DNA from: Diplonema japonicum
Lineage: Eukaryota > Protista > Euglenozoa: Diplonemea
Direction: 5' to 3'
Assembly: GCA_964019335.1 (NCBI GenBank)
Contig: OZ025750.1
Location: 62,001 to 126,000, forward strand
DNA length: 64,000 nucleotides
Shown here: positions 1 to 9,118 of the stretch, in pieces
Layout of the letters: every line of letters starts with the position of its first letter
How positions within the stretch are numbered: position 1 is the stretch's first letter
Position numbers and translations under genes: made by a program
The notes under the pieces: model-generated
What the model was told of the DNA's origin: nothing
Database searches by the model: none
What the model saw: only the letters and a program-made list of their open reading frames with translations

Positions 1-42
1 CCTGGGCTGCAAACGGCAACCGCGCGAAGAAACCCCCAGGGT

Positions 43-640
43 TCACTTTCTGCATCTTTGTCCTCCCTTGCTGCCCCTGAGGCAATCAGCTTGTCGAGCC
101 TTCGTGTGGCCTACTACCTTTCTTAATAGATGCTTTACAGCTGCGTTCAACCCAATATCCATCGGTTGAACCATGTAGGTGAGCCCAGGGGGACAAAAGC
201 AATGTGCACGTTTGCGCCTGCGAACCACTCTACGAACCCATAGGCATAGGTCGTGTGAGAGTTGTGGTCGCCGACAAGCAGCAGAACCGGCCCGTTCGGC
301 AAAACCATGGGAATCAATGATTTATAGCAAAAAGGAAGAAACAGCTCCGTAACCCAGATACCGAGTATCATAATTAGCCCAATGATTGGGCGATGCCGTT
401 AGGCTCCATTCGATGGGCAGGTGCTTGACCTGGACACGGATAATCCCTGCCGGTTGCATTCCCGCTTTGCCTTTGTATTTAAGTTGCGGATGCAACTCAT
501 CCAGCCAACCAATTCCGGCCTTACTTCGGTGTCGATTATGGACCTGAATTCCATGGTGAAACAGCGTGCCCTCTCGTTGTCCTTCTCGTTTCCGAGCTTT
601 CCGGAGGTGGCTTGCGGCTTTTGTCTTTCTTGCTGCAAAG
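43..640 (-). mobile_element. Degenerate pogo/Tigger-like (DDE_1 family, Tc1/mariner superfamily) transposase remnant, frameshifted
   Basis: Overlapping minus-strand ORF pieces carry DDE_1 motifs in the correct order: PELVGW(L)DE-like first Asp, then VLLLVGDHNSH (cf. LLxxDxHxSH), then PPGLTYMVQPMDIGLNAAVKHLLRK (cf. PPxxTxxxQPxDxGxNxxxK). The motifs are split across frames. Confidence 0.8.
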
Positions 641-1256
641 TTTTGTCAGTCTACCAGGTCTGTCTTTCGGGCTGGATTGGCGCGCAGCAGCCCTTCTGTA
701 TAGGTGCATATTTGTTGTGCTGGGATAGGCTCGCCAAGCCCGTTTTACCTATCGACTCAAGCAAAAACCTTTCAGCCCCCGAAGGATGCTAAATCCCGTA
801 TTGGCGATAGGGTCTCGATCAATAAGGTGATTCTTCAGCCTTAACAGCACTCAGAAGTCTCTCCTTTCAGGCCCGTCTTGCCTCTGTCCTTGCACATCTG
901 ATCTAAAAACAAAGATCTTTAAAGTCTGCGTTCATTCCACCAAATGTTTAATGTTTTCGAGCCATGGAGGTGCATTGATCGGATGTGCACAGAGGCGGTG
1001 AATTCCCACGCCCTTCAACTCGAGCTGAACACCACTATACCAATTGTCAACCGTGCTTTCCCCATTCCACCCCCCACGCAAATTTATAAGAAATCACTCT
1101 AGACCAGATCTTATGTTTTGAGAGAAAGAAAAAAAAAAGCACATTTCACAGTACCCCCTCCTTTTTTTCCCCATTCCACCCCCCCGCAAATATATAGCAA
1201 AAGAAATCACTCATAAAAAAAAAACAGGCTAGGGAGAAAAAAAAAACCGAAAGGAG

Positions 1257-4200
1257 ATGGAGGAGGAGGGGAGGATTGTACCAGCAGGGCGCACAGCTGA
1301 AGGAAAGGCAGTTGGGGTGAGGCAGACAGGCCCGCCATGGCGGTTCTGGTACGAAGGGCGGGAGATCGCTGGTCCGGAGGGTGGGGCAGTGGAGAAGGGA
1401 AGGTACGTGGTGAAGCAGAAGGGAGGAAACCTGGAACTACTCCGGAGGGAGGTGGTGAAAGGGGAGGGATGGGCAGTGTGGATAGACGATGAGGCCCTGG
1501 GGGAGTACGAAAGGGCCCGGGTAGTGGTGCACCCCCCCTCACTCACACGCGGTGTCCCGCACCCCACTCACACCAACGGCGCTCCCCTCAACACCATCGC
1601 CGCCTTCTTCTCCTCCGGAAGACACCTCCTTGGTGGGGGTTCTTGCTGTTCTAAAACCGACCTCCCCAAACGACACCGGGGGCCGACTGTACCAGCGAAG
1701 TTCATATCGGACCATATTACTGGAGTGGTGCAAAGTGTGAAACCATCTGATAGAAAGGCCAAGGAGACCCGTCTCGTTCAGTGGTTCAAGGAGCACGAGA
1801 TGCAACTCATGTTGCAGGGCATATCACTCGGCGCGGGGTCTTTGTACAACAATTGCATCGACATGCTGCATCTCGTGGAAGAGTCGATGGTGAAGGAAGA
1901 CGAGCTCTTCTTCAGCGTTTACATCTCACAGGCGGTGGCGAAGGTCGGGCTCGCGCTTCTTCTCAACTCCGCAACTCGGTCAAAGATCGACACAAGGCTG
2001 AAAAAACTGATCAACGGTCTGCTGAAGAAGAAACCCCCAAACATGGTGTTTTACGAGCTGGAGTGGCTTCGCAAGGGCCTGGAAATCGTCAAGGAGATCG
2101 AGGATTTCGAGTGGGACACCGTGGACATCCTTATCAAATGCGTCACAAGCATCACGTCCATGAGCTTTTCAGTTGTTCTAACCGACTTGCTAAATCTAAG
2201 CAGGAAGGCCTACAGCATGGCGAAGGGCATCTCCGAGCACAACCACTACTTCGGTATCGCGGCAATCGAGCGCACGGCAGCCGTAGTGAAGAACCGATTG
2301 CTATGGTATCACCTCTTACAAGCGGATGAAAAAGCGGCGGCGAAAGCAGAGCTAAAAACGTACCTGCTAGAAGTACAAAGCGAACGTGGCAGGCTGGAGA
2401 CATGGGAGGTCGCCTTCGCGTGGGTCAAGCTCATTGCGGACATCCTCATCTTCAACCCTGCCGTCGTCACGCAAGCCAGCATCAACAAACTTCTGAAAGA
2501 TGAGAACATGGACGGGCATGACGTCACGTTAGAAGGCTTAAGGGCAAAAGGTTGGCTTGTGGAACACACCTCCGACGGTGGGAAGCACAACGTCTCAGTA
2601 CTTACAAGCTCCTTTTCAGGCCACTGGAGATCGGGTTCGACTGATGATATCACAAATATGTTGGACAAGCACCCAAGACAGCCAATCCCGAACGATTTGC
2701 AGGAGCTTCTCGTGACGGGGTCAGAAGGGTTCCACGGGCTGGCACACTTCGCGAAGATGGGGATATCGACGCCTCGGAGTCTTGTGGTCGTCCTCGAGGA
2801 AGCGAACACCCTGCTCAAGGGGAAGAAACCTGTCAATGAGATGCAACAGGGTCTGAAAGGGCTGCTCAACAACACGCTGAACGGTGCGGCGAACTTCGCA
2901 GGTCTATTCGTTGAGAATAAAGCGAACATCTGGCGTGTCCGGGACAGGGCGGTGGTGGCCTGCATCGACGTCCTCTCCAGGAACAACGTGAGCGCCCCGT
3001 GTGCAAGAGAGCTGCAGGCGACCTTGACGAACTGCGAGGTGTTCGAGCAGAACAGCGACGTTCGTCGAACCCTCAAGAACCCCGGTGTGTACAAGGAAAC
3101 AGCAGCATTTTTAAAGAAATCCTGGAAGACCCAGGAGGAGGAGGTCCAAGAGAGCATCAAGACCACGATGGACAGACTCGAGGAGCTGCAGCATTCGATG
3201 CTCAACTGCACCTTACCCAACATAACCAAAGAGCTGCGTGCAGTTATGAACGAGGTCAACAACGAGCTCGACCATCAGGTGAAGAGCCTCCAAGGAATGC
3301 AAGAAAAGCTCGGGGTGACACTTGACTTCCTAATGGGGATACAACGCAGGCAGCTCTCGATGGAGAAGAACCTAAACGACTTGTTGCGACACCTCGGCGC
3401 GGATGAGTCGATCCCCGACATCTGCAAGGAGCGAATGAAGGAAGTAAGGTTACAGAAGCAGCCCGCCGTCTACTTAACACCTTATGGCGATGCAGTCGAA
3501 GAAACACTGACAGCTGCTTCAACCGAATCCCCACCCCGAACACCTGTTCCTTGCGATAACGTAGAGCTCGAGCTTCTGGAACACGCTTGGGACATGATAG
3601 ACGACCCAACCAAGAACACCCTCCTCATCACAGGACGATCGGGAGGCGGGAAGTCAACATTCATGAAGAAGCTCCACACCGATCTGTGGAAGCACTACTG
3701 GGGGTCTCAAGAGAAAAGCAGCGTCTTCACGATACCACTCTTCTGCTCGCTCCCGGAGTTGCGCGATCCACGCTCTGGCCTCGTTGAAGAAGCCTTCGCA
3801 AAGTGCGGTGTTCAAGGACCTCTCCTCCTGCAACGCATAAAAACAGAATGCCGTGCAGGGAAGTGCCGCCTGATCTTCATCCTCGACTCGTACAACGAGA
3901 TGTGCGCCGACTACCGCTACACCAACCTGTACCAGTCCAACAACCTTAGAAAGTGGGGAGAGAAGCAATTGGAAGACGCGCCAGTAAACGCTCCTTACCC
4001 CAAGATCGTCATCACCTGTCGCCAAGAGTTCGTGGACTCCAACAGAAACTACAGGAAGTATTTCCACCCGATTCAAGAAGGGCTGAACTTCAAGGAGGCT
4101 CTCTCCGTGGTAAGGATACGCGACTTCAGAAAGCGGACGTGCGAGTACCTGAACAGGGACTATGAGGACCAGATAAAAAGGCTCAGCAGGGAGTGCGACG

Positions 4201-7200
4201 TGTCAGAAGAGTACGTAGACAGCATGACAATGAAGGCAGAGACGGTTGTTGGGGTACAAGCGGAAGGGCAGACTGAGCAGCCGTACTCATCGCTCATCGA
4301 GCAACTGAAGAAGGATCATGACCATGTCGGTGAGTTGACTACCGATGACATAAACGAGCTGACATCAGTCCCAAGCGAGAGGAAATTCCTGTCAGAACTG
4401 CAGAACATATGGTCACCCCTGAAACTGTTCCGCGCAGCGGCGAACAGTGTTGGGCAGCTTCTATCAACACCCTTCATGCTGTCCATCTTGGTGAAGGTGA
4501 TCCCTGTCATGTTCTCTGATGAAACGAACCCGTCCAGGTCCAAGGCACTCCTGAAGTACGACACGTACCACACATTCGTGAACCTGCTGTTGGACAAGAG
4601 CCTTCCAAATCTCGTCGCAAAGCACACCACAGTCCCGGAGGGCAGATTGAGGTTGGACTTCGAGAACTACTGCAAAGGCTTGGCAAGGCTGATGACCCTT
4701 GAAAACCAAGTCCGTGTTCATTACGAGAGCTCCGGGGAGCTGTTTCAGCAACCGGCTACAAAATACACCGAGTACTTCTCATCTGACAACACGCTTCTGA
4801 AGGACATCAGAGAAGGGGCGCCACTGCAGACGGAGCAAGCAGGGGTAGGCGGGAGGTACTACGTTTTCATACACCAATCGATACAAGAGTTCTTCGTGGC
4901 GCAGCTAGTCTACGACGCTGTGATGCGGTTCCCGATGCTGGAGAACCTCTCTCTAGTAAAAGGCTTTGTGTCGTACTTCTTAGGCTGCGATTCGGTCACA
5001 ACACATGACCAGCTGAAGGCTATCCTTCCAAAGAGGAAGACGCACTTCTTCAACACATTCGAAAGCATCGATGGGGTACCAGAAACACAATCGCAAATCA
5101 TGGCAGCGCTCGAGGCGGACTGGTCGTACGTGAACACAGCACTGGTCGTCAACGACACTGCGGTGATGTCGCAGTTCCTCACGCCAAAGGTCCGAGCTGA
5201 CAAGAAATTTCAACGAGCACTCCTGTCACTGGTGGAACTCTCGAAGCTCCCTTACGCACAGGTCCCCGCCTCAATGGCAATCAGCATTCTAAACTCAGCG
5301 GTTAGCTTCTCAGGTATGGATCTGAGCGGTATCAGGGTTCCTAAGGCGGAACTGTCCAGTGCTGTGTTCCACGAGACGGACCTCTCCGGGGCGGATCTGT
5401 GCGGTTCGGATCTTTCCGGCTCGTACTTTCACAAAACGCGTTTGGACGGTGCTGACATGAAGGACGTGGACTTCAAACAAGAACCCGACATCATGCACAG
5501 GGGGGTCCACGCCATCGCGACGAAGCCCAAGGCCAACCTGTGGGCTACAGTGTCTCACAACACCATCAAGGTGGGCAAGCACTCAATCCCGTTCCTCGAG
5601 GGAAAGCCGCCTGACTTCCGCGTGGCATTCGAATGCAAATTCCACGGCGACACCTTACGCGTCGCCTGCAGAGATGGCATCTATGACGTGACGATGGAAG
5701 ACGGGAAACTGAGAAAAGAGAAAACCGCCAACCAACTCAACTTCTGCACGAACAAAGGCCGCATCACCGCTTTAAAATTCTCGAACGACGGCAGCACGCT
5801 AATCGCAGGCAGTAGTAAAGACGGTATCCAGATAATCGACGCAAATGGTGTTCAAAAATTGTTGGACGCGCCTCTTAATGGGGATAATGCGTCTGCCCTT
5901 GCAGTACGGAGTACCCATGGGGTTGCTACACATGTTGCCATGATGCTGGGCAGTAACGGTGAGAGGAAGACGTCCTTCGGAAAATGCGGCGTGGCAAATG
6001 GTAAACTACTGTACACCGAATCTCACTCGACAAAGCCTCACCAAGCCCTCGAATACAGCCCCAACGGGAGGTACCTCGCAATGGGCGGGGACCATCCGAA
6101 GCTTATCGACCTCGACACCAATTCGGAGAAATGGATGTCAGATGTGTTCAAAGAAAAGGTCCATATAACAGATGTGGACTTCTCTCCAAACGGCCAGGTC
6201 CTCGCAATGGGCAGCAGAACCGACGTATGCACGTGGTCCGTTCAAACTGGAATGCAACTACGCCAGTTCAACGTGTTGCTCCGCCTTTACAGCATGGGCC
6301 TTTCCGATTCACAACTGTGCATTTCTTCCGGATCGCACACAAACGAAACGGTAAAAATGTGGGATATCAAAGAGGAGGATAACGCGGCTAAGCTTGCAAA
6401 GCACGCTGAAAACCCTAAAGCGTGTCTCATAACACCTGGTGAGAGGCACTTGCTGACGTCCGTCGGCACCGACAAAGTCATTCGATGGGATTTGGAAACA
6501 GGCGAGATGCTAGACTCAACACATAATCACGTCGATGATTACTTCTCGGGGAAGAAGGTTCACTTGCTCCGCGATATTCTCAAGGGCGTTCAGGCCGCCG
6601 AGCGAGGACAAGCCCTCGCTTTACAAGACAGACCAGCCGACTTAATCTCTCCGGATCTACGCCACGCCTTCATCGGGGTCTCGACAACCGAAAAACCAAC
6701 GATCGTCCGCCTCACCGGACATGAGGATCCTGGGATCAACCGCCGCGTCTCATGCAACATCAGAAACAGATGCTTCTCAGAAGATGGTGTTAAATACGCG
6801 TACAGATTTAGAAACAGTATATTTGTTGGTGATGTCGGTGAACTTATTGAACGTGGTGATGCGTTACGCTCTTTCGGGGAAAGCGGCGAGGTGACAGAAC
6901 GACAGGTGGAGGGAATTGTAGTGCACAACCCGGACAATGAACGCGAGATTGAAACCGGGATGACTGGGATCAAGCATTTCTGTTTTTCGAAAGACGGTTC
7001 ACGGATCGCCGTTGGCTCCACGGATTCTATGCTGCGGACCAGTATTCTCATTTACGATTCATCGACAGCCGGTCTCGTGGCGCAATTGACAGTTAACGAT
7101 GTCATGAAGGAGAGGATGTCGTTCACAAAAAGCTTTCTTCTTGTGCATTGCAAGAGTAATACTTTTTTGTGGAAGTGGAGCGGGGTGAAATGGCTGCTCC

Positions 7201-7580
7201 ATAGAAGGATCTCAGCGTCTCCCTTGGATTTTAATGCTGACATCGAAGGCGTCAAGAACCTCTCACAGCATAACCTAGACATCCTTCAACAAAAGAACGA
7301 TGTTGGCAGCATGATTCAAAAGATTGTCGTGGGCAAGACGGGCGATACCTTTTGCGACGTCACCATCGATGCACGGAGAACTGGTACTGCATGCTGGAGG
7401 GTGATCACCGCCACAACCGATTTAAATGATAATCTTGCAGCGGGAAGCGTCGACGTTTCAGGAGGTGCATCAACAAGCTTCACTGCACAATGGGACGAGA
7501 AGCACGAGGAGAGCTTGTTGGTCATCAAGGTGAAGGATGAGACCGGTTTCTGTGAAGAGCATGAGATTTCACTTAAATAA
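1257..7580 (+). CDS. NLR-like STAND protein (2107 aa): LLGG-ending leader, helical/ARM-like region, coiled coil, NACHT NTPase, pentapeptide repeats, WD40 propeller, C-terminal beta-rich extension
   Basis: Intact long ORF. Walker A GRSGGGKST (3633-3659), Walker B-like LIFILDSYNE (3870-3899), sensor VITCR, TPFML, FIHQSIQEFF winged-helix motif, pentapeptide repeats DLSGADLCGSDLSGS (~5310-5475), WD-type repeats (FSPNGQVLA..., VKMWD, VIRWD), and the closing motif NLSQHNLDILQQK. Confidence 0.92.
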   Translation: MEEEGRIVPAGRTAEGKAVGVRQTGPPWRFWYEGREIAGPEGGAVEKGRYVVKQKGGNLELLRREVVKGEGWAVWIDDEALGEYERARVVVHPPSLTRGVPHPTHTNGAPLNTIAAFFSSGRHLLGGGSCCSKTDLPKRHRGPTVPAKFISDHITGVVQSVKPSDRKAKETRLVQWFKEHEMQLMLQGISLGAGSLYNNCIDMLHLVEESMVKEDELFFSVYISQAVAKVGLALLLNSATRSKIDTRLKKLINGLLKKKPPNMVFYELEWLRKGLEIVKEIEDFEWDTVDILIKCVTSITSMSFSVVLTDLLNLSRKAYSMAKGISEHNHYFGIAAIERTAAVVKNRLLWYHLLQADEKAAAKAELKTYLLEVQSERGRLETWEVAFAWVKLIADILIFNPAVVTQASINKLLKDENMDGHDVTLEGLRAKGWLVEHTSDGGKHNVSVLTSSFSGHWRSGSTDDITNMLDKHPRQPIPNDLQELLVTGSEGFHGLAHFAKMGISTPRSLVVVLEEANTLLKGKKPVNEMQQGLKGLLNNTLNGAANFAGLFVENKANIWRVRDRAVVACIDVLSRNNVSAPCARELQATLTNCEVFEQNSDVRRTLKNPGVYKETAAFLKKSWKTQEEEVQESIKTTMDRLEELQHSMLNCTLPNITKELRAVMNEVNNELDHQVKSLQGMQEKLGVTLDFLMGIQRRQLSMEKNLNDLLRHLGADESIPDICKERMKEVRLQKQPAVYLTPYGDAVEETLTAASTESPPRTPVPCDNVELELLEHAWDMIDDPTKNTLLITGRSGGGKSTFMKKLHTDLWKHYWGSQEKSSVFTIPLFCSLPELRDPRSGLVEEAFAKCGVQGPLLLQRIKTECRAGKCRLIFILDSYNEMCADYRYTNLYQSNNLRKWGEKQLEDAPVNAPYPKIVITCRQEFVDSNRNYRKYFHPIQEGLNFKEALSVVRIRDFRKRTCEYLNRDYEDQIKRLSRECDVSEEYVDSMTMKAETVVGVQAEGQTEQPYSSLIEQLKKDHDHVGELTTDDINELTSVPSERKFLSELQNIWSPLKLFRAAANSVGQLLSTPFMLSILVKVIPVMFSDETNPSRSKALLKYDTYHTFVNLLLDKSLPNLVAKHTTVPEGRLRLDFENYCKGLARLMTLENQVRVHYESSGELFQQPATKYTEYFSSDNTLLKDIREGAPLQTEQAGVGGRYYVFIHQSIQEFFVAQLVYDAVMRFPMLENLSLVKGFVSYFLGCDSVTTHDQLKAILPKRKTHFFNTFESIDGVPETQSQIMAALEADWSYVNTALVVNDTAVMSQFLTPKVRADKKFQRALLSLVELSKLPYAQVPASMAISILNSAVSFSGMDLSGIRVPKAELSSAVFHETDLSGADLCGSDLSGSYFHKTRLDGADMKDVDFKQEPDIMHRGVHAIATKPKANLWATVSHNTIKVGKHSIPFLEGKPPDFRVAFECKFHGDTLRVACRDGIYDVTMEDGKLRKEKTANQLNFCTNKGRITALKFSNDGSTLIAGSSKDGIQIIDANGVQKLLDAPLNGDNASALAVRSTHGVATHVAMMLGSNGERKTSFGKCGVANGKLLYTESHSTKPHQALEYSPNGRYLAMGGDHPKLIDLDTNSEKWMSDVFKEKVHITDVDFSPNGQVLAMGSRTDVCTWSVQTGMQLRQFNVLLRLYSMGLSDSQLCISSGSHTNETVKMWDIKEEDNAAKLAKHAENPKACLITPGERHLLTSVGTDKVIRWDLETGEMLDSTHNHVDDYFSGKKVHLLRDILKGVQAAERGQALALQDRPADLISPDLRHAFIGVSTTEKPTIVRLTGHEDPGINRRVSCNIRNRCFSEDGVKYAYRFRNSIFVGDVGELIERGDALRSFGESGEVTERQVEGIVVHNPDNEREIETGMTGIKHFCFSKDGSRIAVGSTDSMLRTSILIYDSSTAGLVAQLTVNDVMKERMSFTKSFLLVHCKSNTFLWKWSGVKWLLHRRISASPLDFNADIEGVKNLSQHNLDILQQKNDVGSMIQKIVVGKTGDTFCDVTIDARRTGTACWRVITATTDLNDNLAAGSVDVSGGASTSFTAQWDEKHEESLLVIKVKDETGFCEEHEISLK

Positions 7581-7677
7581 TGAAGAGTGGGGGGGGGGGG
7601 GGGGGGGGGGAAGGGGACAATCTTTCCCAGCATTTTCCTGCTCCCCCTTTCCCCCTTCCTTCAGCAAAAGAATTCTC

Positions 7678-7709
<32 letters not shown>

Positions 7710-7711
<2 letters not shown>

Positions 7712-7845
7712 TTACAAATATTTATTTCAAAAAATGATTTTATAACTATATGCAACTTGTGCCGAGCAAAAAACTTTCGCAGCTTTTTAAAAATCTTTTT
7801 TGCTCGTGCGAACAACAAAGACATATAGTCATAAAGAATTATTTA
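7710..7845. repeat. ~140 bp repeat downstream of both NLR-like genes (second copy ~17423-17575)
   Basis: Shared GTTACAAATATTTAT...TTATAACTATATGCAACTTGTG...GCTCGTGCGAACAACAAAG.CATATAGTCATAAAGAAT, each preceded by a T-run. Confidence 0.8.
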
Positions 7846-7947
7846 TTTTTTTTTCGATCGTGTAAAAAAAAAATTGAGCTCATCGCGCGAAGATTTTATG
7901 TTCTTCAACCCCCCTGAGCTTTTTTTTTTTTTTTTTTTTTTTTTGTT

Positions 7948-8053
7948 TTAACGATATTATTGTCGAGACTAAAAACTAGTTGATGGCAGCGTAATGAGCT
8001 ATTTTATTTGGCAAAATTCCGCTCGTGCGCACAAACAAATGGAGCGCCAAACT

Positions 8054-8056
<3 letters not shown>
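7948..8056 (+). repeat. Dispersed ~110 bp element with two AAACTAGTT motifs (copies at 60261-60372 on +, 56198-56304 on -, partial ~40505-40545)
   Basis: Near-identical TATTATTGTCGAGACTAAAAACTAGTTGATGGCAGCGTAATGAGCTA...CCGCTCGTGCG...CAAACTAGT in three places and both orientations. Confidence 0.85.
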
Positions 8057-8093
<37 letters not shown>

Positions 8094-8990
8094 GAAAACG
8101 CAAATATTCAATTCTTTTTTGTTGTTGTTTTTTTTTTTTTTTTTTTTTTTTTTTTGTAGTCTAGAGAGAGAAAAAAAAAAGAAATAGCTTCTAGCAACGT
8201 TGTTGCGCCGACAAATATTCTCTTTTTATAATTATGATGGGAGTGGGGGGGGGGGGGGGAATAGAAATAATAAAGATTTGTAACCTTTAGTTGCGAATCA
8301 ACAATGAAATATTCTTGCCTACCTATTCTTTTCTTCTTCGTGAGTTCTATTCTGCACTTTTCTTTCTTTTTTTTTTTAAAGGCAATCCTGTCACATCCTT
8401 TTTTTTTTTTTTTACTGATCTAAGTATCAACGAACGTCCTTAGATCCTGTGAACGAGAGCACCGTTCACCGGGAACAAATATTTGTAACCATTTTTTTTG
8501 CACCCCCCCCTCCCTTGTTCTACCGTCCCTTCCTCGTACCCCAATAACGTCTCTGTTTCATTTTTCTTTTTTTTAACGCTTCAGATTCCGTAAAAGCGTC
8601 CGATTACCGCCCGCAAAATGACATCTTAACAAAATTTCTAATTGCTTTTTTCTGTCAGCCGTATGGATTTTCTGGAAAGATATCTTTTGGACATCTTTTT
8701 GATTTTTCGGATCTGAGGGGTAAACCTTTACCGTCGCTTTGTGAGTATGTGGAATATGAGGAAGGTTGCTTTTTTTTTTAAAGCCCCCTTAGTTTGTCTA
8801 TGTATCCCAAAAATCTGCCTATTCTTTCCCTTTTTTTAGTAGGTGTGCCTTTTTCTTCTTTCCCCCCCCCCCCTTTCTTTTCGCACCCCCAACAGACCGA
8901 TAGTTTGAGTTGTATCGATGCCTGTTGTGGAAAATTTCGAGTATCCGAGAAAGGTTTTTATAAAGAAGACATTCTTTACTCACATTTCCT

Positions 8991-9022
<32 letters not shown>

Positions 9023-9118
9023 CGCGCAACAAAAGAGAAAATCGCTCACACAAAAAAAAAACAGGCTGGGAAAAAAAGAAAAAAGAAAAAAAAAAACTGA
9101 AAAGAAAAACGAAAGGAG

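Noticed and set aside
1338-1370. WRFWYEGREI in the leader resembles SUMO RFxYDGxRI
   Set aside because: Spacing to the diglycine (~90 aa) is far longer than in ubiquitin or SUMO; not enough to call the leader a UBL fold without structure prediction.
8573-8723. Possible piggyBac-like MITE (TTAACGCTTCAGATTCCG ... CGGATCTGAGGGGTAAA)
   Set aside because: TIRs and TTAA sites are imperfect and there is a single copy; too weak to call.
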